Part shown: piece after piece, positions 7,949-17,836 of the stretch | Layout: each line of letters opens with the position of its first letter | Position numbering within the stretch: the first letter of the stretch is position 1 | From: an uncultured Desulfarculus sp. | GTDB taxonomy: Bacteria > Desulfobacterota > Desulfarculia > Desulfarculales > Desulfarculaceae | Direction of reading: 5' to 3' | DNA: 64,000 nucleotides | NCBI GenBank assembly: GCA_963665125.2 | Contig: CAXXUK010000001.1 | Span: forward strand, 2,656,001-2,720,000 | Notes under the pieces: model-generated | What the model was told of the DNA's origin: nothing | Seen by the model: the letters and a program-made list of their open reading frames with translations, nothing else | Databases searched by the model: none | Program-made: the position numbers and the translations under genes

Positions 7949-10620
7949 TACGCAAGGCGGCATATCTACTTATACTTGTTCTATGGGCCATGCCCATTGC
8001 TTTGTCCCAGGCCCAGACGGCCGGGAGTTCGGGCCCCTTGCCAATGCCCACTCCGCCCAGAGCCCAACCCACGCAAGATACGGCCAAATCCGTGCAGCCT
8101 CCGCTGGGCGATGTGGACTTGATTCTATTGGACCAGGACCGCCTGTTCGAACTGCGGGAATACGCGATCTGGGACTCTCCCCAATGGCGGCGGCTGATCA
8201 CCTGGTGCCTTGACCCGGCTCGCCAAAACATCGACCCGGCCGACGGTCCCGGTCTGGCCCTGGCCGCCATGGTCCTCAAGCAACGCGATCCCGCCACCAG
8301 CCAGCGCCTGGCCCGCTTGGCCGTGCGCTGCCTTTTGGAAGGCGCGCGTTTCAGCAGGGTTGAGTCGGCCGAAGGCCGCACGATAATCGACGGCGGCCTG
8401 CCCTGGAAACCCGATGAGGTGATCAAAGGCGGTTATGACCTCGTGGCGCCGTTTGGCGCGAACACGCTTTTGAGGATCGACAAGATCACCACCACCAAGC
8501 TATTGGTGGAAAAGGGCGGGCCGGACCTGAAAACCCTGATGAAACGAGGCCAGGCCTATCATTTGCTGATGTCCGATCTGCACCGCGCCTCGGTGTTGGT
8601 GGAACAAACCGCCCTGACCTTCAAATGGACCAGGGACATGCTCCACCCCGACGAACGCCGCGATATCGCCGACTGGCTGCGTGCCCAGGCCATGGTGTTC
8701 GCCGAAGACGGCCGGGGATGCTTTGACACAGACTCGGCGGCCGTCCTCAAGATCATGTCCCTGGCCGGCCGGGCCGGTCTCAAGGACTCTCCGCTGGCCG
8801 CCGGACTTGTGGAAGCGGCATACACCGAACGTTTTCTGGGCATCTGGCACCCGGCCCTGGAAAATACCGGCCAGGGCGGTGCATGGTTCGGCGGGACCTA
8901 TGCCGGGGCCATGGCCGGATGGGACCTGGCCATGTTCGCCGCGGCCGTGCCGCCGGGCGACAGGCGCGGCAAGGTTCTGGCCTCGGCCTGGTTCAACGAC
9001 CGCCAGGGCGCCCTGGTCAACTCTCTGCTGCCGGAAACGGCCCAGGCCCTGGGTGGTCCTTACCGCGGGGTTTGCCCCAGCGGCGACAACGTCATATCGT
9101 CCTCCAAGGCAGCCGAACTGGTGCGCATGCAGATGCTGCTGCTGAGGAACTTGCTCCCCGAGGCGCCCATGGCCCAGGAGGTGCAGGCCATGCTGCTGTC
9201 CTCGGACGCACCGGCCATGACCCAGGGGCATCATTATTATCTGGACTTCCTGCTTCTGGACATCATCAACCCCGGCAAGGCCATGGCCGTGGCTCCGCTG
9301 GACTACCTGGCCCAAGGCGCGGGCAGGGCCTTTTCCCGTAGCGGCTGGACGCCTTGGGACACCCTTGTGGCCTTCAACTGCGGCCCCCATTTCGCCATGC
9401 CCCAGCACCTGGACGCCGGTTCGGTTCAGATTTTCAACGGAGGGCCGCTCCTGGCCCGCAGCGGCGCCTACGACGGTCCGGCCACCGAACACGCCACGAA
9501 CTACGCCGCTCGCAGCATCGCCCACAACACGCTGATTATTTTCGACCCCACGGAATACTCGTGGTATGACATGCGCGACGGCCAAAAGCCCAGGGGCACC
9601 TATGCCAATGACGGCGGTCAACGGGCCTGGGCCTATTTCGATGAAAAAGGCCGTCCGCTGAACCAGGCTCCCTGGACGGCCAGCGGCTACAAGACGGGAC
9701 CGGCTCCCTGGGCCGATTTGATGCCAATATACGAGGCCGCCAATATAACCGCCCATGACAGCGGCTCCAGGTTCGCCTATTTCCGGGGAGATATGACTTC
9801 GGCCTACCGCGGCAGTTCGGCCAAGGCCAAACTTGCCGTCAGGCACTTGATCCATCTGCGGCCAGGCGGCCCGGACGACGCCACGGCCGCCGAAGCCGTC
9901 GTGCTGGTGGACGAAGTTATCCTGGCCAGGCCGGAGCTTGATGTAAAGGCCGTGTTCCACTTTGCCATGCGACCTTTTATTGAAAGCGAAATGCAGACAG
10001 AGGCCCCGGGCCGGGCCAAGGGCCAGGCCAGCCGGTTAAGGGCCTCCAACGGCAAATCCGTGCTTTGGATCGCCTCCATGCAGGATCAGCCCGAAGAGGT
10101 GACGCTCATCGGCGGACCTGCCGATGACTGGGTGGACGGCAAGGCCTATCCGCCCCAGCCGCCGGCCAAGGACCCGGCGCCCTGGCGCGTGGAACTGACG
10201 CCCACCGGTCAGGAGGGTGTGACCCGAAAAATGGTTCATGTGCTGTTGCCCCTGCCGGGCCAAAACGAAAGCCCGCCAACCCTGAGCCGCCTGCATACGG
10301 CCAACGCCAACCTGGCCGGGCTTGTGATCCACGACAGGCAATGGCCCAGGGTGGTGGCCGTGCGGCTGGGCGGCGAGGCCGAGGCCCAAACCATCTCTTA
10401 CGAATACCCCGATGGGCGTTCCCGGCATCTGGTGGCCGGCTTGGCCCCTGGTGTTGAATATTCGATAACCACAGCCGGTCAAAAGCTTACGATCAGCCCC
10501 GGCAAGGGCCTGACCGCATCCGCTGGGGGGGTGCTGGCCTTCAAGCTTGCTCCGGGTGAAGAAAACAAAGATATACAGGTAAAAACGCCGCCGGCCCAAG
10601 AGCCGCCGGCAAATGAATAG
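7942..10620 (+). CDS. Secreted heparinase II/III-like polysaccharide lyase homolog
   Basis: Signal peptide MVIRKAAYLLILVLWAMPIALSQA. The block SRSGW..QHLDAGSVQIF..GPL..SGAY..RSIAHNTLIIFDP.E..NDGGQR is typical of the heparinase II middle domain. Confidence 0.75.
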   Translation: MVIRKAAYLLILVLWAMPIALSQAQTAGSSGPLPMPTPPRAQPTQDTAKSVQPPLGDVDLILLDQDRLFELREYAIWDSPQWRRLITWCLDPARQNIDPADGPGLALAAMVLKQRDPATSQRLARLAVRCLLEGARFSRVESAEGRTIIDGGLPWKPDEVIKGGYDLVAPFGANTLLRIDKITTTKLLVEKGGPDLKTLMKRGQAYHLLMSDLHRASVLVEQTALTFKWTRDMLHPDERRDIADWLRAQAMVFAEDGRGCFDTDSAAVLKIMSLAGRAGLKDSPLAAGLVEAAYTERFLGIWHPALENTGQGGAWFGGTYAGAMAGWDLAMFAAAVPPGDRRGKVLASAWFNDRQGALVNSLLPETAQALGGPYRGVCPSGDNVISSSKAAELVRMQMLLLRNLLPEAPMAQEVQAMLLSSDAPAMTQGHHYYLDFLLLDIINPGKAMAVAPLDYLAQGAGRAFSRSGWTPWDTLVAFNCGPHFAMPQHLDAGSVQIFNGGPLLARSGAYDGPATEHATNYAARSIAHNTLIIFDPTEYSWYDMRDGQKPRGTYANDGGQRAWAYFDEKGRPLNQAPWTASGYKTGPAPWADLMPIYEAANITAHDSGSRFAYFRGDMTSAYRGSSAKAKLAVRHLIHLRPGGPDDATAAEAVVLVDEVILARPELDVKAVFHFAMRPFIESEMQTEAPGRAKGQASRLRASNGKSVLWIASMQDQPEEVTLIGGPADDWVDGKAYPPQPPAKDPAPWRVELTPTGQEGVTRKMVHVLLPLPGQNESPPTLSRLHTANANLAGLVIHDRQWPRVVAVRLGGEAEAQTISYEYPDGRSRHLVAGLAPGVEYSITTAGQKLTISPGKGLTASAGGVLAFKLAPGEENKDIQVKTPPAQEPPANE

Positions 10621-10665
10621 TTTCAAGTTCCTATTCAAGGATAAATCGGGTTGCGGGAGGTTAGG

Positions 10666-13047
10666 ATGTCCATAAGATTAATCTGGCGCGCGCCGCTGCT
10701 ATTGCTGGTACTGGCCTTGTTGTTGCTGATTGCCGCGCCGGCAATGGCCGAAAGCGCTTTTTTCAATAACGGCAAGCAGTATTTCGACGAGGGCAAGTTT
10801 GCCGAAGCGGCTGTGGAGTTCCGCAACGCCATCAAACAAGACCCGCAATTCGCCGACGCCCATTATTACCTCGGCCTTGCCTATCTCAAACTCGGCGAAC
10901 CGGCCGAAGCCTACAAGGTGTTGTTCAACGTCGTCCAACTCGACGACAACAACCTTGACGCCAAAATCAAGCTGGGTCAGGTGTCGCTTCTGGCCCGGCG
11001 TTTCGATGAGGCCGTGGAACTAGCCCAGAACGTGCTCAAACGCGAACCCGAAAATGTCGACGCGATAGTGCTGCTGGGCCAAGCCTACGGCAATCAGGAC
11101 AAGCGTGAAGACGCCATCGCCACCCTGGAAAAAGCCAAGCAACTGGCCCCAGACCGCTCTGACATCTACGTCCTGCTGGCCCAGGAAAGCATCGCCCTGG
11201 ACAAATTCGACGAGGCCAAGGCCGATCTGGACAAGGCCATTGAACTTTCGCCCGACCTGCTCACTCCCAGGCTGTTACTGTTGCAGTTGCAACTTCGCCG
11301 GGGCCAAAACACCCAGGCCCTCGAAACGCTTCAGGCCGCCATTGACAAGCGGCCCGACGAACCACGGCTGCGCCTGATGCAGGTCGAGTTGCTGATGCGC
11401 ATGCAAAAAACCGGCAAGGCCGGCGACGCCCTGCGGGAGCTGGTCGCCCGCCATCCCGAACGCGACGCGTACCGCCTGGCTTTGGCCCGTTACTATCAGA
11501 CCATGGGCCAAATGGACAAGGCTGAGCAGACCTATCTCGATGCCGTGCGCATGGCCCCCGAATCCATCTGGCCATCCATCCTGACGGCTACTTTTTACGC
11601 CAGCCAGGGCAAGGGCCACAAGGCTCAGGCTTATCTTGAGCAGGCCGTGAAAATCGCCCCGGATTCCCCGGTTCCCCTCAACGCCCTGGCCGAATTGAAC
11701 CTGGAACAGGGCCGCATCGACATGGCCGAGGACCAGCTCAAAAAAATCATTGAGCGATTCCCCAACAACGCCGCCGCCCACACCTTGATGGGCCGGGTCC
11801 AGCTCCGCCGCAACCGGGTGCAGGAGGCCGTGGCCAATTTCACCTCGGTTATCCGGGTGGTGCCCGACAACCCAGAGCCGTATTTCTACCGGGCCATTGC
11901 CTATGACATGCTGGGCAAGGACCAGTTGGCCCAAAACGATCTGAAAAAATGTCTGACCATGGCCCCGCGCAATATCAGGGCCCGCTTTTTCCTGGCCCGG
12001 CTCTATGCCCAAAGCGGCAACAACCAGGAAGCCATCGCCGAGATCAATGAGATCTTGAAAATAAATGCCGATGATGCCGACGCGTACAGCGTTCGCGGCC
12101 AGCTATACCTGGCCAGGAGCCAGTTCCCCGAGGCGGAAAGCGATTTCAAAAAGCTGGTCGAACTTAACCCCGACGCGGCCATGGGTTACTTTCTTCAGGG
12201 CCGTCTCAACGAGGTGCGCAAATCGCCGGATGCCGCCCTGGAGCTATACAAAAAGGCGCTGGAGAAAAATCCCGACTTTATCGCGGCCCTGCGCCGCATA
12301 GCCTTTATCAAGTTGCAGCAGAAAAAGCCCGATGAGGCCATTGCTCTTATTAAGGAGCAGATTCCCAACGTCCGCCGCAAGGATACGATAATCACCTTCC
12401 TGGCCGACGTCCTGCAACGACTGGGCAAGACCAAAGAGGCCACGCAACAGTATCAAAAGGCCCTGGACATTAACCCGGAAAACACCTCCGCCATGCTGGG
12501 AATGGCCATGCTGCTGCGCTCCGAGGGCCAGGATGCCAAGGCCCTGAAATACCTGGACAGGATCGTGGCCGTCCAGCCGAACAACATCGTGGCCCTGGTT
12601 TCCCGTGGGCAAATCCAAGACGAAATGGGCAACACCACCGCGGCCATTGAAGACTATCGCCAGTGTTTGCAGGTCAACAGGGATTTCGTGCCGGCCCTTA
12701 ACAACCTGGCCTTCCTGCTGGCTAAGCGCGGCGGCGACCGCAACCTGAACGAGGCCCTGACCATGGGCCAGCGGGCCAAACGGTTGGCCCCCGGCGACCC
12801 ACGCATCCTCGACACCCTGGGCTGGGTTCTGGCCGTGCGCGGCGCATATCAGAGCGCCATGCTGGAGTTGGCGGAATCCCAGAAACTCAACCCCAACGAT
12901 CCGTCGGTCTATTACCACCTGGGTTACACCCTGCATAATCTGCAACGGGACAAAGAAGCCGTCGAAGCCCTGGAAAAAGGCCTGAAGCTCAAACCGGGCG
13001 ACGAGCTTCGCGATAATATGCAACAGTTGCTGAACCGCCTGCGGTGA
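10666..13047 (+). CDS. Secreted TPR-repeat protein, PrsT-like
   Basis: GGAGG RBS at 10656-10660 and a signal peptide. About 20 TPR units (EFRNAIKQDP..ADAHYYLG, ALNNLAFLLA, DTLGWVL). Confidence 0.88.
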   Translation: MSIRLIWRAPLLLLVLALLLLIAAPAMAESAFFNNGKQYFDEGKFAEAAVEFRNAIKQDPQFADAHYYLGLAYLKLGEPAEAYKVLFNVVQLDDNNLDAKIKLGQVSLLARRFDEAVELAQNVLKREPENVDAIVLLGQAYGNQDKREDAIATLEKAKQLAPDRSDIYVLLAQESIALDKFDEAKADLDKAIELSPDLLTPRLLLLQLQLRRGQNTQALETLQAAIDKRPDEPRLRLMQVELLMRMQKTGKAGDALRELVARHPERDAYRLALARYYQTMGQMDKAEQTYLDAVRMAPESIWPSILTATFYASQGKGHKAQAYLEQAVKIAPDSPVPLNALAELNLEQGRIDMAEDQLKKIIERFPNNAAAHTLMGRVQLRRNRVQEAVANFTSVIRVVPDNPEPYFYRAIAYDMLGKDQLAQNDLKKCLTMAPRNIRARFFLARLYAQSGNNQEAIAEINEILKINADDADAYSVRGQLYLARSQFPEAESDFKKLVELNPDAAMGYFLQGRLNEVRKSPDAALELYKKALEKNPDFIAALRRIAFIKLQQKKPDEAIALIKEQIPNVRRKDTIITFLADVLQRLGKTKEATQQYQKALDINPENTSAMLGMAMLLRSEGQDAKALKYLDRIVAVQPNNIVALVSRGQIQDEMGNTTAAIEDYRQCLQVNRDFVPALNNLAFLLAKRGGDRNLNEALTMGQRAKRLAPGDPRILDTLGWVLAVRGAYQSAMLELAESQKLNPNDPSVYYHLGYTLHNLQRDKEAVEALEKGLKLKPGDELRDNMQQLLNRLR

Positions 13048-14765
13048 CAGATGAAAGCCACTATGAAATGAATTATTACGCAATGTTGCTACGGCAGGGC
13101 ATGTGGGTTCTGGTGTTTGTCTTGCTCACGGCCTTGCCCGTGTCGGCCGCCGGGATACCGGCCGACACCCAGCACCCCGCATATGCCGCCTTATTTCCGC
13201 CGGTGGAAACAGCCGGTGAGATACCCGTTACCATCAGCGCCAGCCCCGGCGCCCTGGACGGGGTTATCGTGGCCGGTTTCGGGGTGCCCTTTCCGCCGGG
13301 CTACGTAAGCGATCCGGCCAACATCGCCTTGGTGGACAACCTTGGCATGGAAATCCCCATCCATGTAAAAGTCTTGGCCCGCTGGCCCCAGCCAGTGCCC
13401 GGGGCGGGCAGCATCCGCGCGGCCTTGGTCCAGTTCCGGACATTGATGGGCACCACCACGCCCAGGGTCTACAAAATCCGTTGGGGCGCCCCCAGGGCTC
13501 AAAGCGAGCCGAGGGGCTGGCCGGCCCGCACGGATTGGGTCGCGGCCTCCGGCGGCGGCTATCCGGCCGGGGCGATCCAGCAACCGCCGGTAATGGCCGC
13601 CTTCGAGGCCAAATGGCTGGGCAAGTGCCTGCTCAAAGGCCGCATACTGCCGGGTTTTTCCAACCCCATGGATGAATACTACGACCGGGGCATGCAGTAT
13701 TATTTCAAGGTGGCCATCAACGATGTTTCGCCCAAGGTGCCCCTGAAAAAGCACATCGATTACGTAAAAGGGTATGAACCATGGCTTTATGACAGGTCCA
13801 TGACCTTCTTCGTAGTTTACTTCCGCAGCGGCAGGTTCAACGTGTACCGCCAAGCCCATTGGGCGGCCCAGTACTACGCCTCGAAGATCAGCCCCCAGGG
13901 CCAGTTCCTGTTGCTGACCAATAAGGGCCAAATAGACATCAAGTACTGTTATCAGGAATGCCTGGCCATGGATTATTGGTTCACCGGCGACGACAAGCTG
14001 TTGAGGGCGGCCAAATACCTTTATCCCATATACACTTCCTGGAATTACCACTATGTGCCCCGCGGCGGCCACTGGACCGAGCGCCACTTCGCCTTTGCCC
14101 TGTTGGGAGCAGTGACCCACTATGAACTGACTGGAGACACCAAGGCCCTGGACCTGGCCCAGGATATTTTCGAGGCCGGTCTGGACATGCAGTTCAACCC
14201 GGCGCCGGAAGTGCCCAAGGGGCACGGCTGCCTGGTTCACCTTGGCCGGCAGCACGGCGAGCGGGGCGTGGACGACCTGTGGGTGTGCAGCCCATGGATG
14301 AGCGCCCTGTATATGGACGCCCTGATCAGATATTATGTGGTCACAGCCGACTCCAGGGTGCCCAACGCCATCTCAGCCCTGGGCAATTTCATGGCCACCA
14401 AGGGTGTGCACAACACCCAGTTGAGCCCCGACAGGCCAAGATACACCGTGCCGTATTACCTGATAAATGTGCAGGGCCCGGTGCGCACCGAGGTTGAGCC
14501 CTGGTCCGACCGCCAACACGCCGGAGAGGCCCTGACGGTGCTGACCTGCGCGGATTATTTCAACCGCAAGGGCGGCGCCCAGGGCGGACTGGTCAAAGAA
14601 AAAATCAAGGAGCTTAAAACCACCATGGATTGGCTCTTCAAACCGACCACCGAAAAATCGGCCAAAGACGGCAGCAACCTGCCCGTCGGGACGTTGGGGC
14701 CGCCCCGTAAATTCAACTGGTGGTTCCGCACGACCGCAAGCTGGGACTGGTATCTGCAAAACTAG
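13044..14765 (+). CDS. Secreted hypothetical, YetA/PcRGLX-like (RIFT barrel plus alpha/alpha toroid)
   Basis: GTGA overlap with the TPR gene and a signal-like segment. GVPFPPG..LVD..G.EIP...LARWP..GSIR..LVQF N-domain followed by a Trp/Tyr-rich helical domain (YELTGD, PWM). Confidence 0.6.
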   Translation: MTDESHYEMNYYAMLLRQGMWVLVFVLLTALPVSAAGIPADTQHPAYAALFPPVETAGEIPVTISASPGALDGVIVAGFGVPFPPGYVSDPANIALVDNLGMEIPIHVKVLARWPQPVPGAGSIRAALVQFRTLMGTTTPRVYKIRWGAPRAQSEPRGWPARTDWVAASGGGYPAGAIQQPPVMAAFEAKWLGKCLLKGRILPGFSNPMDEYYDRGMQYYFKVAINDVSPKVPLKKHIDYVKGYEPWLYDRSMTFFVVYFRSGRFNVYRQAHWAAQYYASKISPQGQFLLLTNKGQIDIKYCYQECLAMDYWFTGDDKLLRAAKYLYPIYTSWNYHYVPRGGHWTERHFAFALLGAVTHYELTGDTKALDLAQDIFEAGLDMQFNPAPEVPKGHGCLVHLGRQHGERGVDDLWVCSPWMSALYMDALIRYYVVTADSRVPNAISALGNFMATKGVHNTQLSPDRPRYTVPYYLINVQGPVRTEVEPWSDRQHAGEALTVLTCADYFNRKGGAQGGLVKEKIKELKTTMDWLFKPTTEKSAKDGSNLPVGTLGPPRKFNWWFRTTASWDWYLQN

Positions 14766-14824
14766 CGGGCGAACCGACAAACCACGCCGCATGACCGCTA
14801 AAAGCAGAGTTCATGCGGCGTTTT

Positions 14825-15616
14825 TCATTTACGGGCCGAAACGATCTCGTAAGCCACCTTTACGGCCGCCACAACCACGATCTTGATCATGTAATAGGGC
14901 TGCAATTCGGTCTTGATGTAGCGCCGCACCAGACGCAAGTCGTGCTTGCACGACAAAATTCGCAGCCTGATGTTGCTGGGCCTCCAATAGGCCCGGTAGT
15001 TGAGCACCACCTCGGGCAGATAGAGCATCTTGCCCTGTCTGAACACCTCGGCGTTGATATAGGCGTCATCCGAGCGGATGAACGAGGTGTCCAGGGGATA
15101 CATCCGGTCGAAGACACTACGCCGGGCGATCAGGGTGGGGCCGATCACCGGGCAGATTACGCTGGCCAATAGCTGGCCCATGGTCCTGAAGGGCCGTGAA
15201 TTGCGGCGGCGGTAGACAACGCTGTTTTGATCCATGTAGTCGGCGTCGCCGTACACGGCCAGGGCCTCTGGGTCGCCGGTCAGCGCCGCGACCCGCTTTT
15301 CAAGGCTGTCCGGCGGCCAGGTGTCGTCGGCGTCCAGGATGGCCACGATTTGGCCCTTGGCCATTGCCAGGCCCCGGTTCAGGGCGGAAACCTTGCCCGC
15401 GTTGGGTTGATGCACGAACCGGACCCGCTCATCGGCCTTGCTCCCGCCCGGGGCATAGGCGGCGGCCAGTTGGGCGGAGTTGTCTTTTGACCCGTCGTCG
15501 ATGAAAATGGCCTCGAAGTTCCCGTAGGTCTGGGCCAGCAGGCTGTCCAGGGTCTCCTCAATGGTGGCGGCCATGTTGTATACCGGCGTCAGGACCGTAA
15601 CCAGGGGCTTTTCCAT
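14825..15616 (-). CDS. Glycosyltransferase family 2
   Basis: VTVLTPVYN, IDDGSKDNS, NAGKVSALNRGL and LDADD motifs. Confidence 0.92.
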   Translation of the reverse strand: MEKPLVTVLTPVYNMAATIEETLDSLLAQTYGNFEAIFIDDGSKDNSAQLAAAYAPGGSKADERVRFVHQPNAGKVSALNRGLAMAKGQIVAILDADDTWPPDSLEKRVAALTGDPEALAVYGDADYMDQNSVVYRRRNSRPFRTMGQLLASVICPVIGPTLIARRSVFDRMYPLDTSFIRSDDAYINAEVFRQGKMLYLPEVVLNYRAYWRPSNIRLRILSCKHDLRLVRRYIKTELQPYYMIKIVVVAAVKVAYEIVSARK

Positions 15617-15921
15617 ACCATCATCCTTAAAGCGTCTGCTTCAATTATAGCAGCCGGACAGGCAGCCAGGCCAACAAACATGGTGCGCGATGGCCCGCCG
15701 GACTTACGTGTCATTGATGTAGGCCCACGCCTCCAGCGGCCAGGCCGAAGAATTTCTGGCATTGACCAGGATATTCCAGAAAGCTTATACATAATGGGAC
15801 GAAGGGTAACCGCTATACCACTTTAATGTGTAAAATCCGGCACGAACGCGGCACACCTACGCCTCGGCCAATTGACGGCCAGCCATTTTGGCGCAACCCG
15901 CAAAGAAAGGAACCGGGCAAC

Positions 15922-16377
15922 ATGGGAAAAGCATATAAAGTCTTCTTGCTGGCCGCCGTGGTCTTGTTGCTGAACCTGCAATACACACCGAACGCCTTTG
16001 CCCGGTACACCGGTTGGGTTGATACAGGCAAGGCCGATGTGCAATGTTGGGGCGCGTTGCCGCCGTTGACTTCATACTCCCGTCTCTGTGGAAATATCGA
16101 CGTCGCCGCCTACACCTATTCCGTGGACAGTCAATTCCCCTCTTTATACCATTATGCGGGGGCATTCCTGAAAGACGGCTACACCGGGGAGGGTCAGGAC
16201 CATCCCTCCGTCAGCCGCACCAGCGGCACATGGGAAGGCTACCAAGATCACTGTAAAAAGCTCTACACTACCTGCTGCACCGCCGCCGAGGACGGTGAAT
16301 GCCGTCTGAGGTACAACAGCCACAAGGGCAGTTTCATCTGGCCCAAAGACACAGGCTGGACGCCACCAGGCAATTAA
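15922..16377 (+). CDS. Small secreted protein with six Cys
   Basis: AAAGGA upstream of ATG 15922. Signal peptide ends in NAFA. 151 aa, no family recognised. Confidence 0.6.
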   Translation: MGKAYKVFLLAAVVLLLNLQYTPNAFARYTGWVDTGKADVQCWGALPPLTSYSRLCGNIDVAAYTYSVDSQFPSLYHYAGAFLKDGYTGEGQDHPSVSRTSGTWEGYQDHCKKLYTTCCTAAEDGECRLRYNSHKGSFIWPKDTGWTPPGN

Positions 16378-16564
16378 CATTCTCCAAGCCTGTCAGGGAC
16401 CGTCTTCATTGAAGCCATCCGCTATTGCGCTGCCATGTCAACGGCAGAGATGCGGTTGGCCATCTAATTCATTTTTCATATGGACACCCTACCATCTTCC
16501 GTCTAAGCTCAAAGCAGTAACCCTCTTGGTTCACTGAATGAATTCCAGGCTGGAGTATTGCTTT

Positions 16565-17836
16565 TTGCGTCGCTTTTTGATGATCACATACGCTTTTCCG
16601 CCCATCGGCGGCGCGGGGGTGCAGCGCCCGGCCAAATTCGCCAAATACATTGGAGACTATGGCTGGCAGCCCGTGGTGGCCACGGTGGACCACGGATCGG
16701 CCCCTGCCCAGGACTCCAGCCTGGCCGCCGACCTGCCCGCGGACCTGATCATCGAGCGGCTGCCGACAATGGAGCCCGGTTACGGTGCGGTCAGCGCCGT
16801 GGCCTCGGCGGGCGGGGGATCTTCCCTGAGCGGCATGTTCAAACGCTTGTTGGAGAACCTGATCTTTCCCGACCGCCACATCTTGTGGCTCATCACCGCC
16901 GTCAAGCATGGTCTGCAGGCGGCGGTGCGCCACGGCGTCGAGGCGGTGATGGTGACCGCCCCGCCGTTTTCCAGTTTCATCATGGGGGCGCACATCGCCC
17001 GCAAATTGAATCTACCGCTGATCCTTGACTTCCGTGACGAATGGAGCGGTTATTACGTTCACGGCTTTGAGCCGGGCAAGGGTTCGATTTGGAGCGGCGC
17101 GACCAAATCCCTGGAGAGGCGGCTGGTGACCCAGGCCGCCGTGGTCACCGCGGCAAGTCCGGCCTATTGTCACCGCTTCCAGGAAATCTACGGCGGCGCC
17201 GATGAAAAATACCGCTGGATACCCAACGGTTATGACGCCGAGGATTTCGAAGACTACCTGCCCCTGCCCGTACCCCGGGAAAAGGGCAACCTGCACCTTT
17301 TGTACACGGGCACCGTATTTCCCATAACCAGTCTGGATCCCCTGTGGCGGGCCATGCGCCTTTTGCCTCCGGGCATTCGCAGCCATGTTTTTGTGGAAAT
17401 CTGCGGCCGGGTAACCGGCGGGGAGGTGGTAAAGCCGCGCATTCCGGGATTGCGGGTGGAGGCCAGGGGCTACATGCCGCACAACCAGGTCATAGAGCGC
17501 ATGGCCCGGGCCGACGCCCTTCTGCTGACGCTGGCCGATCTGCCCGGTTCGGAACGGGTCATACCCGGCAAGGTCTTCGAGTACGCCGCGGCCCGCAAGC
17601 CCATACTGGCCATCTGCCCGCCGGGCGTGGCCTCGGTGCTGGCCGAAGGCTTTGGCGGCGTCCGGGTGCCCCCGGCCAAGCCCCAGGCCCTTGCCGGAGT
17701 CATCACCAAGTGGCTGGACGAGCCGCCGGGGCTCCAGGAAAACACGCCGACGCAGTACGAACGCCGCCACCTGACCAAGCTTTTGGCCGACGCCCTGGAT
17801 TATGCGGTGGATCAGCGGCCCAGAGCCGCACGGTAG
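16565..17836 (+). CDS. Glycosyltransferase family 4
   Basis: GGAG RBS before TTG 16565. YAFPPIGGAGVQRPAKFAKY, LDFRDEW, IPNGYD and PGKVFEY motifs. Confidence 0.88.
   Translation: MRRFLMITYAFPPIGGAGVQRPAKFAKYIGDYGWQPVVATVDHGSAPAQDSSLAADLPADLIIERLPTMEPGYGAVSAVASAGGGSSLSGMFKRLLENLIFPDRHILWLITAVKHGLQAAVRHGVEAVMVTAPPFSSFIMGAHIARKLNLPLILDFRDEWSGYYVHGFEPGKGSIWSGATKSLERRLVTQAAVVTAASPAYCHRFQEIYGGADEKYRWIPNGYDAEDFEDYLPLPVPREKGNLHLLYTGTVFPITSLDPLWRAMRLLPPGIRSHVFVEICGRVTGGEVVKPRIPGLRVEARGYMPHNQVIERMARADALLLTLADLPGSERVIPGKVFEYAAARKPILAICPPGVASVLAEGFGGVRVPPAKPQALAGVITKWLDEPPGLQENTPTQYERRHLTKLLADALDYAVDQRPRAAR

Noticed and set aside
15838..15853. Sigma54-like CGGCACGAACGCGGCA upstream of the six-Cys gene
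   Set aside because: Spacing is correct but the -12 box lacks TTGC, which is too weak in GC-rich DNA.
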